Source: an uncultured Gemmatimonadaceae bacterium
GTDB taxonomy: Bacteria > Gemmatimonadota > Gemmatimonadetes > Gemmatimonadales > Gemmatimonadaceae
Length of the DNA stretch: 64,000 nt
Direction: 5' to 3'
Assembly: GCA_963829055.1 (NCBI GenBank)
Contig: CAWHHI010000008.1
Span: 32,001-96,000, forward strand
The notes under the pieces are model-generated. The model did not search any database, was not told where the DNA came from, and was given only the letters and a program-made list of their open reading frames with translations. Positions 39,147 to 51,539 of the stretch are shown here, in pieces. Every line of letters starts with the position of its first letter. Within the stretch, counting starts at the first letter, position 1. A program made the translations under genes and the position numbers.

Positions 39147-40247
39147 CGCTGGTCCGCGATGATCCGGAAGAACTCGTCCTCGTAGTCGAGCACGCGCTTC
39201 CGGTAATTGTCTTCGAGCGGAAGCTTCGCGTAGAGGTCACGGATGGCGGCCTTCTGCGCGGCGAATTTCCCCAGCACCGCCGGCAGATCCGCTGGCGGGA
39301 AGCACGGACCACGGAACAAGCGCTCCTGCACCGTCTTGATGCCGAGCCGTGGGTCAGGCTTCGCGTATCGCGCGAACACCGCACCCGACCAGTCGAAGTC
39401 GTACGGCACCGGCATGTAGCGGCCGTCCGGTGTCGTCATGAGGCGGATGTTGTGCAGCGAGGAGAGCGACCAGTCGGTGTTGCCAAGGAAGTACGCGAAC
39501 AAGCTGATGAGCATCATCTGCGTCGGATCGACGTCGCCGAACGTGGCGCCGCGCAGCGTCAGGACGCGGCCGCCGTTCCGCTTGGACATGTCACTCTCAT
39601 CTTCGATGAGCAGGCCGAACCTCGTGAACGCGTCCTTCTCCTCGCCCACCGGCACGTAGTTCACGCGCGCCAGACGCGACTTGAAGCTCGCGTCCGTCAA
39701 CATGTTCAGCACCTCATACGCGGCGTGCTCGCGCACCGGGTACTCGGCGAACTCCTTGTCGCGCATCTGACAGTGCGTTCCGAGCTTGAGTGCTTTCTGA
39801 CCGGCGAACGGCGTGCCCTTGAGACCTTCCTTCGGGAAGATCAGCACGGAGCGGAGGGAAGTTGCAGATGTCGTTGCGCAGACGGAAATGTCCGCGTGGC
39901 GAGATCTCGACTGGAATCGCGACGGGGTTGCCTGACGAGTCGTTCACCGTCAACGTCGCCTTGGTCGTCTTCACCTTGAGCGTGTCGCGGCTCTTGAACG
40001 TCGCCTTGAAGTCGGCAGTCAGCGTGAACTCGAGCGGCTCATCGCGCCGAACAGCCGCTCGGTGCGTCGCTTGGCGGCCGCCATCTCCTCGGGCGTGATC
40101 GGCTGTGTCTTGTCCTTCTTCGGCTTCGGCTCCTTCGCCGCCCGCCGCTTTCTCCGGCTTCGGCGTGAGCTGTTGCGCCGGTGCGACGACGCTCGCACAC
40201 AGGAGCGCGAGAACCGGCAACAATCGGGTGCAGTGCATGGTGCGCAT
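39101..40247 (-). CDS. Exported CotH-like / kinase-fold hypothetical protein (frameshifted)
   Basis: Signal peptide; RGHFR, KLGTHC, E..AYE..N, LGNTDWS..HNIRL, VPYDFD. Confidence 0.6.
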
Positions 40248-40274
40248 GGTGCTGTTCCTCGAGGACGCTTCGTC

Positions 40275-41352
40275 TACTCCGAACTCGGATTCCGTTTCCA
40301 CGATCTCCACGCCGATGACGTACGGCGCGCCCTTCTCTCGCACGGTGTCCGCAAGGCTCTGCCGGCTGTAGCCCTTGCGTCATCCGCAGCTCGTATTCGA
40401 CCGACGTTCCGGTCTCGTTCGTCGACACACCACGATACCGCCAGCGCTTCGACTCGGACTCGAGCACGGGATCGATCGCGCCGCGGAGCGACGACGCATC
40501 GGACGTGAGGATACGCATCGTCGCGTCGTATCGCGCGTCCGAGCCGCTCCCCGCTAGCTCCCCCCTTCGCTTCCGCAATCGAGTCTCGAGCGCATCGAGC
40601 TGTGCCGGCGCGAGCGTTTCGAGCACTTCCGAATCGAGTCGCGCGACGAACTGCGAGGTGCGATTCGCGATCGCGGTCGCACGCTCGAGTTGCCGCTTGG
40701 CACGAACCCCTTCGAGCGACGGCGGCATGCGCGCGAAATCGCTCGTCCACAATATCAGCACGGCACCGTTGAACAACACGGACATCACCGCGGCGACCTC
40801 GATCTGCACGCCGCAGGCGAGCCCCAGCGCCGTCGCGAGGAAGATGAACGTCGCGTCCTTGCTGTCCTCGAGGTTCGTCCGAAAGCGGACGGCCGCTACG
40901 ATGCCCGCGAGGCTGAATGCCAGCGGCAGACTGTTCTTCACCAGTACAACCACTCCCGCTACCACCACCGGCATGAGCACGAGCGCGTGCACGTCGGATG
41001 GTCGGTATCCCTTTCGCTGCCGCGTGAACATGTAGACCCACGCGACGGGCAGCGCGAGCAGGAACGCGCTCGTCACCGCGATGACGACGAGAATGAGCGG
41101 CTGGAAGGGAGGGACGACGAAGTCCGCCGCCGGCATTCCGGTCGGATCGAGCTTGACGCCCGGCGCCCCGGTCGGGCGGAACGCGATGAGCGACGACATG
41201 ACGCCCATCACCTCGGCGCGCCCTCCGGCTGGCAGCAGCGCCCATGTCAGCGCGACGGCCGCGCCAAGGCCCAGGTAATAGAACACGACCCGGGCAATGA
41301 GACTGTGCGCGAAGTCGTTCAGGTTGTCGGCAGTTCGGCCGTTCTCGGCCAT
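40275..41352 (-). CDS. DUF4956 family membrane protein (3' end frameshifted/approximate)
   Basis: VKNSLPLAFSLAGIVAAVRFRTNLEDSKDATFIFLATALGLACG. Confidence 0.85.
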
Positions 41353-41550
41353 ATAAGGACTCTCGACGGGTGACGTCGCGCGGTCGGCAGGCAGCACCGG
41401 CGGCGACAACCAGAATGGAAAGACCGGGGTGACTCGACCGTTTTTGCGGCCGGTACGATCATAACGTCGAACACTCGGTCTGGCGATATTTGACTATGCG
41501 CGCGGTGGAGCGATGACGGAGCTCGGTCACCGCCGGCGCACTGTGCGCGC

Positions 41551-44500
41551 GTGCCGACTCTCCGAGCCGCCGCCGCGCTCCTCGCCGCCGCCACCGACAT
41601 CACCGCCCTCGGCGCCATTGCCGCTGCGGTGGGGTGTCACACCCCGCCCGCAGCCCTCGACGGCGCAGCGCGCAGCGCGCTCGGCATTCCTGAAGAGTGC
41701 TCGGTCGCGCACGTCGCGCGGGGCCCGGACACGCTGCGTGCCCTGTTACTCGACGTGAACGACGGACCTCCGATGCGGGAGGTCATCACGCAACTCGCCC
41801 GCCGGCTCTCCTCGCGAGCTCCTCACCTGCTCTGGCTCGCGATCGCCTGCCGTGACACGAGCTCGGAAGTGGCCATCGCCGCCTGGACGCCGGGCCGAGC
41901 GGCGCCGCGGGTCAGCGCGCTGGTGGTAGATCGAACGCACGTGGTGGACAGCGACGCGGAAACGCTGTGCGCTCTGGCAGCCGGAATGGAAGCGGTGGAT
42001 GTGCTCACGCATGCGCGCTGGGTCGCGGTGCTCGGACGCGAGGCGGTGACGCGTCGGTTCTACCGGACACTCGAACGCCTGGTTGGCGCGCTGGCGGACA
42101 ACGCCGTGGGCCGCGCGACACCCGATGTTCGTCGCGAGATCGCGCTGCTGTACGCATCGCGTCTGCTCTTCCTCTCCTTTCTCGAAGCCAAGGAATGGCT
42201 CGACGGCGACCGCTCGTTCCTGGCGCGCCGCTACGACGACTGCATGGGAGCGCGAGGCGGCTTCCAGCGCCGCGTGCTCGTCCCGTTGTTCTTCGGAACG
42301 TTGAACACTCCGGTCCGATCACGCGCGCCCACGGCCAGGTCGCTCGGCAGAATTCCCTTTCTCAATGGCGGATTGTTCGCGCGTTCGCCGCTCGAGCGCG
42401 CGCACTCGCAACTCGAGCTTCGCGATGAGGAGCTCGGTCGCTTTCTCTCCGAGCTGCTCGGGCACTACCGGTTCACGGCGCGCGAAGAAAGCGCCGACTG
42501 GTCAGAGGCGGCCGTCGATCCCGAGATGCTCGGTCGGGCATTCGAGTCGCTCATGGCCGGGCAGGACCGGCGCAATACGGGAGCGTTCTTCACGCCGCAC
42601 GAGCTCGTGACGCGCGTGACGGACGAGGCGCTGACGCACGCGCTCGGAGTCTCGACCGACGAGCTCAGTCTCGTTAGGCCCGCGGATCGCACGGCGACCG
42701 AAGGCGTTGTCGCGGACTTCCAGCGCGCGCACGACATCCGTGCGCGACTCGCGACGCTTCGCCTGCTCGACCCTGCCTGCGGTTCCGGCGCGTTCCTCGT
42801 CCACGCCCTGGAACGCATCGCGAACCTGCTCTCCACGCTCGGCGACCCGCGCCCCGAGGCCGGACCTGCGACGTGCGGTGCTCACGAGCTCCATCTTCGG
42901 AGTGGACATGAACCCCACGGCGGTGTGGCTATGCCAGCTCCGCCTCTGGCTGTCCATCGTCATCGAGAGCCCGGCGCGCGACCCAGCACACGTCGCGCCG
43001 CTGCCGAACCTCGACCGCCACGTGCGCGTCGGGGATGCCCTCGCTGGCGATGACGTCACGACGCGTTCGCATCGTCGGGACCTCGGACGATCGCGCGATT
43101 GCGTACGCGTTATGCACGCGCCGTCGGCGTTCGGAAGCGCACGCTCGCGCGAGCATTGGACCGCGCCGAACGCACCGCCGCGCTCGCGGTGCTCGACCGC
43201 ACGCATCACCGCCATCACCGAAATGCGGCGCGACATGATCGTCGCCGCGCGTGGACACGATCTGTTCGGCGAGCAGAGCCGTTCCACCCGCTGCCACGCG
43301 TTCGCTGCTTGCGGAGCTCAAGGTCCAGCTACGAGGCGCCCGCGCACGGCGGAAGTCGCTGTCGTCGGGCGGAGCGCTCCCCTTCTCCTTCGCCACGCAT
43401 TTCGCCGACGTCGTGAACGCCGGCGGGTTCGACGTCGTCGTCGGCAATCCGCCATGGGTCCGCGTGCACCGCATTCCGGAGGCGGCGCGCGAGGCGCTCC
43501 GCCGCGATTACGCGAGCTATCGCGGTGCGGCGTGGCGTGCCGGCGCCCTGGCGGCACGCGCCGGATTGGGATTCGCGGCGCAGGTCGATCTCGCGGCCCT
43601 GTTCGTCGAACGGTCGCTCGCGGTCGCGGCACCCGACGGTGTCGTCGCGCTACTCGTTCCGGCGAAGCTCTGGAGGTCGCTCGCCGGCGGCGGCGTCAGG
43701 CAGCTACTCGCGTCGGAGCATCGACTGCTCGCGCTCGAAGACTGGTCCGACGCGCCTTCGCTGTTCGACGCCGCCGTCTACCCCTCGTTGTGCGTCGTTA
43801 GGCGCGGCAAAGGCCGGACAGCCGACACGCTGGCGGAAACGCAGCATCACCGTGCACGCGTCTCGCGTTGCCGCGACGTGGGGCGTGCATGCGCGCGAGC
43901 TCGGCCTCGACGACACGCCGGGCGCTCCGTGGCTCATGCTCCCCCACCCGGCGCGGCGCGCGTTCGAGGCTGTGCGCGCCGCGGGCACACCGTTCGCCGC
44001 GTCGCCGTTCGGTCCGCCACTGCTGGGCGTGAAGTGCGGATGCAACGGCGCGTTCATCGTGGAGTCGCGGGGTGGAACTACCGTCGCGAGCGAGAACGGC
44101 GCTGTCGTCGACATCGAGCCGGAACTGCTTCGGCCGCTCGTCCGCGGCGAGCACGTCACACGCTGGCGCATCGATGTGAACGGCGAACGGCTCATCTGGA
44201 CACACGGCGCGGACGGCGTGCCGCTCGATCGCCTGCCACCGCGGACCGAGCGATGGATGCGAAGCTGGCGTCGGCGGCTGATGGCTCGCTCTGACGCTCG
44301 AACGAGCGCGCCGCTGGTGGACGCTGTTCCGAACCGAGGCCGCGTCGGGAAACGCGGCGCGCGTCGTCTGGGCGGACTTCGGACGCGCGCTCACGGCGGC
44401 GGTGCTGCTCCCAGGCGATCCAGCGGTGCCGCTCAACACGTGCTATGCGGTTCGCTGCACCGACCCGCGCGACGCGTTCGCGTTGGCCGTTGTACTCAAC

Positions 44501-44758
44501 TCGCCGCTGGCCGCCGCGTGGCTCGCCGCGCTAGCCGAACCCGCCCGAGGCGGATACAAGCGCTACCTCGGATGGACAATCTCGCTCCTTCCGCTGCCGA
44601 CGCGCTGGGATCGCGCGCGCGAAACACTCGCTCCGATCGGGCAGCGCGCGCATGCCGGCGACGCACCATGCGACGCCGAACTGCTCGACATCGTCGTCCG
44701 CGCGTTCGGGCTGCGGCCCGCGGCCGTGACCGCACTCCTCGACTGGAACATCCGATGA
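41551..44758 (+). CDS. N6-adenine DNA methyltransferase, Eco57I/Type IIG-like with TaqI-C-like specificity region (several frameshifts)
   Basis: IPFLNGGLF, VDPEMLGRAFESLM, GAFFTP, LLDPACGSGAFL, IFGVDMN, FDVVVGNPPWVR, VPLNTCY..LNS. Confidence 0.88.
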
Positions 44759-47061
44759 CACACTGGCGGTGGGCGGACCCCACGGACGTGCGCTCGACCA
44801 TCGCAACCCTCGCGTTGCACGATCAGTCGGCAGACGCGCGCCTGGGTGAGATCGTCCTGCGCGAGCACCAGCGCGAAGCCGCGGGACGACTGCGACTCGC
44901 GATTGACCGCTACGGCGGCGCGCTGCTCGCCGACGAGGTCGGACTGGGCAAGACGTTCACGGCGCTCGCTGCCGCGCGCGACGCCGCGACGCTGCTCATC
45001 GTCGCTCCGGCATCGCTCGCCTCGATGTGGCGCACCGCGCTCGAGCGTTCTCACCTGCGCGGTGATTTCGTCTCGCTCGAGACGCTGAGTCACCGCGACG
45101 CGGTCGCGGAGCGCTACCACTTCGTCATCGTGGACGAGGCACATCACGCGCGCAATCCGCTCACGCGACGCTATGACCGCCTTGCGGCCATCACGCGCGA
45201 CGCTCGTGTCCTGCTGCTCTCGGCGACGCCGGTGCATAACGCGGTCAGGGATCTGCACGCGCTCCTCGCGCTGTTCCTCGGAGCGCGCGCGCAGCACCTG
45301 ACCCGCCTCGACCTCGCGTCATGCATCGTGCGGCGCAGTCGCGATGACATTCGAGATGACCAGACGCCGCATCGGGCGCCGCCCGTATGGTTGCCCGTCG
45401 ACGACTCGGCCGACGTCCTGCGCGCCATCGCCGGGATTCCCGCGCCGTGTCCGCCGAGCGACGGTGGCGACGGCGGAGCGCTCGTTGGACTGTCACTCGT
45501 TAGGGCGTGGGCTTCCACCGAAGCCGCGCTCCGATCGTCCCTGCGCCGTCGGATCGCGCGCGCGGACTCGCTCGCTGACGCGCTCGCGACGGGTCGTCAC
45601 CCCACACGCGCGGAGCTGCGCGCCTGGGTCGTGGGCGACGACGCCACACAGCTGGCGTTTCCCGAGCTCATGGCGCAATCGCTGGCGGCGAATGAGGCGA
45701 CGTTGCTCGAGGTCGTCCGCGCCCATGCCAGCGGAGCACGGCGCGCGCTCGCCGTCGTCAATGCCTCCGGCGGCGAGATCGACGACCGGCGGGCCGCACT
45801 CATTCGCGAGATCCGACGTCGCCACGCGGGTGAACGCATTGTCGTGTTCTCGCAGTTCGCGGACTCCGTGCACGTCGATGTTCGAGCGTCTTCGCGGCGA
45901 CGGGCGCGTCGCGGCGGTCACGGCCAACGGCGCGTGGGTCGCCGGCGGCTCGCTCAGCCGAGCGGAGGTACTGGCCCGGTTCGCCCCGACCGCGACCGGT
46001 GCAGGCCCGGCGCCGCGTGCCGAAATCGTCGAGCTCCTCATTGCCACAGACCTGTTGAGCGAAGGGCTGAATCTCCAGGATGCATTGGTCGTGGTGCACC
46101 TGGACTTGCCGTGGACCGCCGCGCGCCTAACGCAGCGAATGGGTCGCGTGTGGCGCATCGGGTCCGTGCACTCGCAGGTGCACGAGTACGCGCTCGCCCC
46201 GCCGGCGCCGGCCGAGGACGTGTTGCGGGTGACGCAGCTGTTGACGAGAAAGGCGGGCGACGCCTGCGCCGCGGTGGGCGAGGCGTTCACTCCATTGCTC
46301 GTCGCGCGAGCGGCTAGCAGGAGCGTCGCTCGTCAGCACGGAGGGCGCTCGCGCGCCAGAGGCGCTGCGGAAGCTTTGGCACCACTGGCTCGACGTCGCC
46401 CCGGCTGGCCATGACCAGACACGCGCACCGGCATGTGCAGACGCGGGCGAGGGGTACAGGTCGCTCGTCGCCGGAGTGCGCTCGTCCGTCGACGGTTGGA
46501 TCGCGGCAATCGATCGTGGCGGCGTTGTGGAGGTCGTTGCCGCGCGCACCGGCAGCGCCGCGACGAACGACCCAACGCTCGTACTCGGAGCTGGCGCGCA
46601 TGGCTCATGGCGCGGCGCGGGTGACGTCCCCGTCGCGGGCGGCCCGCGTGCTCGGCGAGATCAGTGCGTACCTGGATGCTACGCGCGCCGCGGCCGACGC
46701 TGGCGTGCTCGCAGTCGGGTCACGAACGCACGCCAGCGCTGCCGGCCGCATAGCGTCACTCGCGGCCTCGGCGCCCCCTCATCGACGGGTCGTCGTATCC
46801 CGGCTCGCTGCCGGTGCGCGTCGAACCATCCAGAGCGCGAGGTCGGCGGGTGCGGAGCGCTTGCTCGCGGCGCTGGTGTCGGCCGACGTGTCCGACAACG
46901 GAGATGCAGACGCCGGCGAAGCCTGGCTGGAACGCGTGATCGAGCTGGGCTCACCCGGCGCGCCTAACGTCGAGCCGTCGCCGGGCACCAGCGCGCCGGT
47001 TGTTCGGGCGGTGCTGCTCCTCGTCGGCGAACCGCGAGCGTCGCTGCCATTCCTCCAGTAG
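44755..47061 (+). CDS. SNF2-like (SF2) helicase (frameshifted)
   Basis: [66 protein letters not shown] overlap with the MTase stop. Confidence 0.88.
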
Positions 47062-47070
47062 CTTTCCCGC

Positions 47071-47766
47071 ATGGGAACGACTTCGCACAGCCACGCGGCT
47101 GATGCCCACGCTCGCACGTTGCCGGCGGTGCTGTTCGACCTCGACGGGACGCTCATCGACAGCATTGAGCTGCTTCTGAGCTCGACGCGTCACGCCTTCG
47201 AGGGACGCTCGCGGGCGCCCACCACCGAGGAATGGGTGCGTGGCATCGGGACGCCGCTCGTCGAACAGCTTCGGCAGTTCGCCGACACCGAAGAGGACGT
47301 GGCGTACCTGGTGGCGCGATACCGCCGCTACCAGCACGAGCACCACGACCGCCTCACGCGCTGCTATGACCACGTGCCGGACGTCGTGGCGCAGCTGTTC
47401 GAGCGTGGCCACCCGCTCGCCGTCGTCACCAGTAAGGCATCGGCGATCGCACACCAGAGCCTCGCGTTCGTCGGGCTCGACCAGTACTTCCCCGTCGTGG
47501 TCGGCTACGATGAGACGACGCGCCACAAGCCGGACCCGGAGCCGGTCATGGTCGCGCTCAGCCGCCTGGGGGTATCCGCCGACCATGCCGTCTTCGTAGG
47601 CGATTCGCCGCACGATATCCACGCCGGCAACGCCGCCGGCGTCATCACCGTTGCCGCGCTGTGGGGCCCGTTCGACCGTGAAACTCTGGCCGCAGCCAAC
47701 CCGGATCACTTCATAGGATGCCTCCCGGACCTGCCCGCCGTCCTCGAGCGGGCGTTCGGAGCGTGA
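47071..47766 (+). CDS. HAD-IA hydrolase (PpaX/Gph-like)
   Basis: LFDLDGTLIDS, VVTSK, KPDPEP, FVGDS.HD. Confidence 0.93.
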   Translation: MGTTSHSHAADAHARTLPAVLFDLDGTLIDSIELLLSSTRHAFEGRSRAPTTEEWVRGIGTPLVEQLRQFADTEEDVAYLVARYRRYQHEHHDRLTRCYDHVPDVVAQLFERGHPLAVVTSKASAIAHQSLAFVGLDQYFPVVVGYDETTRHKPDPEPVMVALSRLGVSADHAVFVGDSPHDIHAGNAAGVITVAALWGPFDRETLAAANPDHFIGCLPDLPAVLERAFGA

Positions 47767-47872
47767 CCCGGGTCACTGGACCCGTCATTGGCCCCTTTTC
47801 GGGCGCCGCTCTTCAAACCATCTGGGCCGTTTCGGTATCTCATTCCGCGAGCAACCGAGGACCGGCCGGCGA

Positions 47873-48442
47873 ATGACGGTGGCGACAGTCGACAACCAAA
47901 GCTTCACCACCGGCCGACCCGACGCCGATGACGTAGCGCTCGCCGCGACCGGCGATCGCCTGGCGTTCGAGCGCGTGTACCGTGCCCATGTGAATCGCGT
48001 GTTCGCGGTATGCGCGCGCATGGTCGCCGATCGCGCGTTGGCCGAGGAGCTCACGCAGGACGTGTTCGTACGGGCGTGGTCGAAGCTCTCGCTGTACCGC
48101 GGTGAGAGCGCCTTCACGACCTGGCTGCACCGGTTGGCTGTGAACGTCGTGCTCAACGCTCGCAAGAGTGAGGGCCGTAACCGAACTCGATTCGGCTCGG
48201 AGCCCGACGAGGTGGACAGCCTGCCGCATGCGCGGGCGAGCAGCTGGACGCCCGGCATGTCGCTCGACCTCGACGCGGCGATCGCGGGACTGCCGCCGGG
48301 CGCTCGACAGGTGTTCGTTCTGCACGACGTGGAGGGGTACAAGCACGAGGAGATCGCCGACATGCTCGGGATCACCTCGGGAGGGAGCAAGGCGCAGCTG
48401 CACCGCGCGCGACTCCTGTTGCGGGAGGCACTGAACCGATGA
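47873..48442 (+). CDS. ECF sigma-70 factor
   Basis: AEELTQDVFVRAW, FTTWLHRLAVN, VFVLHDVEGYKHEEIA..SKAQLHRAR. Confidence 0.95.
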   Translation: MTVATVDNQSFTTGRPDADDVALAATGDRLAFERVYRAHVNRVFAVCARMVADRALAEELTQDVFVRAWSKLSLYRGESAFTTWLHRLAVNVVLNARKSEGRNRTRFGSEPDEVDSLPHARASSWTPGMSLDLDAAIAGLPPGARQVFVLHDVEGYKHEEIADMLGITSGGSKAQLHRARLLLREALNR

Positions 48443-49267
48443 CTATGCACGCCATGGATTGCACGACGTTCGACGACCGGCTGGCCGACTACCTCGAAGG
48501 GGATCTCGCACCCGCCGATCGCCGGCAGGTCGAGGCGCACCTCGCGACGTGTGTTCGGTGCACGGCGCTCGTTCGCGATCTCGAGCGCATCCGCGCTGAC
48601 GCGAGCGAGCTGCCGGAGCTGACACCGTCGGCGGACCTGTGGAGCGGCATCGCTCGTCGTATCGACGCGCCCGTGGTTCCGCTGGTGCCGCGTGTCCACG
48701 CCTAACGTGACGACGCGCCGCCGGTTCGAGCGCCTGCGCACGGCGGCGATCGCGGCGGCACTGGTCGCCGTCACCGCCAGCGTGACGTACACCCTCACGG
48801 TCGCTCGGGATTCGGCCCGGTCCGGCGAATCCATTGCGGCGAACACGCAGCGGGGTCCGACACCCGACACGAACGTCGCGTCGTCCGTACGGGACGAAGC
48901 CCGCCGTGACACACTTCCGTCATCGAACGTTGGCCCGGCGCCCGAGTCGGTCGCGAGCACCAACCCGACTCGAGCCAGCGGGCGCGCCACGACGCAAGCC
49001 GTCCGGAATACGCCGGAGTCCGTGACGTACTCACGAGAGATCGATCGCCTGCGGACGATCTTCGCCCGCACACGCTCGCAGCTCGATCCGCGGACGGCGG
49101 CGATCATCGAAGCGAACCTGAAGGTGATCGACGACGCCATTGCGCAGAGCGAGGCTGCGCTGGCGCAGGATCCGGCGAGTCGGTTCCTCAGCGATCAGTT
49201 GAACAGTGCACTCGACAAGAAGCTCGAGCTCCTGCGGACAGCAGCGCTGCTGCCGAACCGCACCTAA
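48439..49267 (+). CDS. zf-HC2 anti-sigma factor (frameshift near 48695)
   Basis: LADYLEGDL..HLATCVRC; TM helix and C-terminal helical domain (NLKVIDDAI..AL..DP) in the next frame. Confidence 0.85.
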
Positions 49268-49273
49268 CGGGAA

Positions 49274-50221
49274 ATGACACGCATGAGAACGTCCCTGCTC
49301 CTGGCCGCGATCGCGGTCGTCGCCCTGCCCCCCTGTATAGTCGGGGCGCAGAGCAATCGCGACCGCGAGCGCGAACGTGAGGAGCCGCAAGATGTACAAT
49401 CGCGCATCGATACGACGTTCACGTTCAGCCGCACGGGCGTCGTGGACCTCACGCAGGTCTCGGGCGACGTCATTGTCACCGCGTGGGACCGCGGCGAAGC
49501 GCGCATCCGCGCCTACGCCGAGCGTGGACGCATTCGCTCCAGCCTGTCGTCGTCGCGCCTAACGCTGGAGATCGAGTCGGTCCGCGGGCGTGTCGGGGAC
49601 TCGCGCTTCGAGGTGTCCGTTCCCGTCGGCGTCCGCGTCCTCGCGCGCAGTACGTCCGGCGATGTCACCGTGAAAGGCACGAAGGGTCCGGTGGACGCCC
49701 GGTCCACGAGCGGCGACGTCACGGTAACGGAGGCAACCGATCGCGTCGTGATCGAGTCGGTGTCCGGCGACGTGCACGCCTCACAACTCACCGGCGAGGT
49801 CCGGAGCGAATCGGTCAGCGGCACGATCGAGATCCGCAACGCCAGCGGCGAGGTCCGCGCCGAGACCACGAGTGGCGACGTGTCGCTGCTCGGGGTTACC
49901 TCGCGCAGCGTATTCGCGACGACCGTGAGCGGCGAGGTCGAGTACGACGGCACCATCGACGCGAACGGACGCTACGAGTTCCACTCGCATTCGGGCGACA
50001 TCCGGCTGGAAATTCCGGAGAGCTCGGGGGCGCAGTTCACGGTCGAGACGTTCAGTGGATCGCTCGATACCGAGTTCAAACTCACCCTGCAGCCAGGACA
50101 GCGCTCCACCGGACGTCCTCGGCGCTTCGAATTCACGCTCGGGAACGGCAGTGCGCGCGTCACCGCGGAATCATTCAGCGGCGACGTCATTCTCGCACGG
50201 CGCGCCGGCTCTAGTCGCTGA
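49274..50221 (+). CDS. DUF4097 beta-strand-repeat (adhesin-like) exported protein
   Basis: Signal peptide; repeated S(T/V)SGDV motifs. Confidence 0.88.
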   Translation: MTRMRTSLLLAAIAVVALPPCIVGAQSNRDREREREEPQDVQSRIDTTFTFSRTGVVDLTQVSGDVIVTAWDRGEARIRAYAERGRIRSSLSSSRLTLEIESVRGRVGDSRFEVSVPVGVRVLARSTSGDVTVKGTKGPVDARSTSGDVTVTEATDRVVIESVSGDVHASQLTGEVRSESVSGTIEIRNASGEVRAETTSGDVSLLGVTSRSVFATTVSGEVEYDGTIDANGRYEFHSHSGDIRLEIPESSGAQFTVETFSGSLDTEFKLTLQPGQRSTGRPRRFEFTLGNGSARVTAESFSGDVILARRAGSSR

Positions 50222-50248
50222 CAGGACGCCAAACAGCATCAAACCAGA

Positions 50249-51125
50249 CATGTCTGATCTCGGGAGACCACACGCAATGCTTGCAACGCTCGCAATGCTG
50301 ACACGCTTCGCAGGGCGACGCACGTCGATCGCGGCGGTGACAGCCCTCGCTGTCGCATTGGCCGGGCTGACGTCCGTCGCTGCAGCGCAGGAGAAGAGCG
50401 GTAAGGATTTCTCGTGGGATGGCCGCATCACGAGTGGGAAGTGGCTGTACGTTCGCGATCTCAATGGCTCGATTCGCGTCGAGCGCGCGACCGGTGACCG
50501 CGCGGAAGTCACGGCCGTGAAGCGCTCCCGTCACGGCAACCCCGAGGACGTTCGCATCGAGACGCGAAGAATCGGTGGTGATGATGGCGACGTCATCATC
50601 TGCGCGTTCTGGACCGAGAATGCGTCGTGTGATGAAGACGGCTATCGCTCGCGTGGCGACGACAACCGGCGCGATCGCAACAACGACACGTCGGTCGAGT
50701 TCACGGTGAAGCTGCCAGCGGGCGTTCGCCTCAACGTGAGCACGGTCAACGGCGGGGTGGACGTAGCGGGTGCCACGAGCGAGGTGCGAGCGAGCACGGT
50801 GAATGGCCGAGTGTCGGCAGCGTCGACAGGCGGTCCGGTGAACGCGTCGACCGTGAACGGCGACATTGACGTCCGCATGCGCGAGCTCGGCACGGGAGAT
50901 CTCGAGTACTCGACCGTGAACGGTTCCATCGAGATCGAAGTCCCGTCAAACCTCGATGCCGATCTCGACATGCGCACGGTGAATGGAAGCCTCTCAGCCG
51001 ATTTCCCGATCACGCTGCAGGGCCGCGTGAATCCCCGCCGCATGCGCGCGACGATCGGCAAGGGCGGCCGTCGCATCCGCCTCGAGACGGTGAACGGCAG
51101 CGTGGAGTTGCGTAAGTCGTCGTAA
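50249..51125 (+). CDS. DUF4097 beta-strand-repeat exported protein (start uncertain)
   Basis: Signal peptide; repeated STVNG motifs. Confidence 0.86.
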
Positions 51126-51158
51126 GCTGAAGCCGCGCAGCACGCAGACGCACGCAGC

Positions 51159-51196
51159 AAGACGGGCCGGTCGCCTAAAGGCGACCGGCCCGTTTT
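51159..51196 (+). terminator. Intrinsic terminator
   Basis: ACGGGCCGGTCGCC-TAAA-GGCGACCGGCCCGT-TTT. Confidence 0.85.
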
Positions 51197-51238
51197 CGAT
51201 TCCCGATTCCCGATTCCCGATTCCCGATTCCCGATTCC
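51197..51238. repeat. Heptamer tandem repeat (CGATTCC)x6
   Basis: Six perfect units read directly. Confidence 0.95.
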
Positions 51239-51242
51239 GATC

Positions 51243-51539
51243 TCACACCCCTGATTCCGTCGCCAGCCGCTCGATCTCCCGAGCCAGCGATAGATCGTTC
51301 GTCGTGATGCCGCCGGCGTCGTGCGTGCTCAGCGTGAAGGTCAGCCGCGTGTGTCGGATGTCGATGTCCGGGTGGTGGTTCATCGACTCAGCCAGGTCTG
51401 CCACCCGCGTAACGAACGTGATGCCCGACGGGAAGGTCGGAAAACGATACGTCTTCGTCAGCGAGTCCCCGCGACGGGACCACCCGGGAAGTGCGCCGAG
51501 CTCGCGCTGAATTCCGATGTCGGAGAGTAGTTCAGCCAC
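51243..51539 (-). CDS. phhB: Pterin-4-alpha-carbinolamine dehydratase
   Basis: LPGW..L.KTY.F, AESMNHHPDI, LSTHDAGGIT..D..LA. Confidence 0.92.
   Translation of the reverse strand: MAELLSDIGIQRELGALPGWSRRGDSLTKTYRFPTFPSGITFVTRVADLAESMNHHPDIDIRHTRLTFTLSTHDAGGITTNDLSLAREIERLATESGV

Noticed and set aside
51197..51238. CRISPR array
   Set aside because: Simple heptamer tandem without spacers; no repeat-spacer array or cas genes were seen anywhere in the window.
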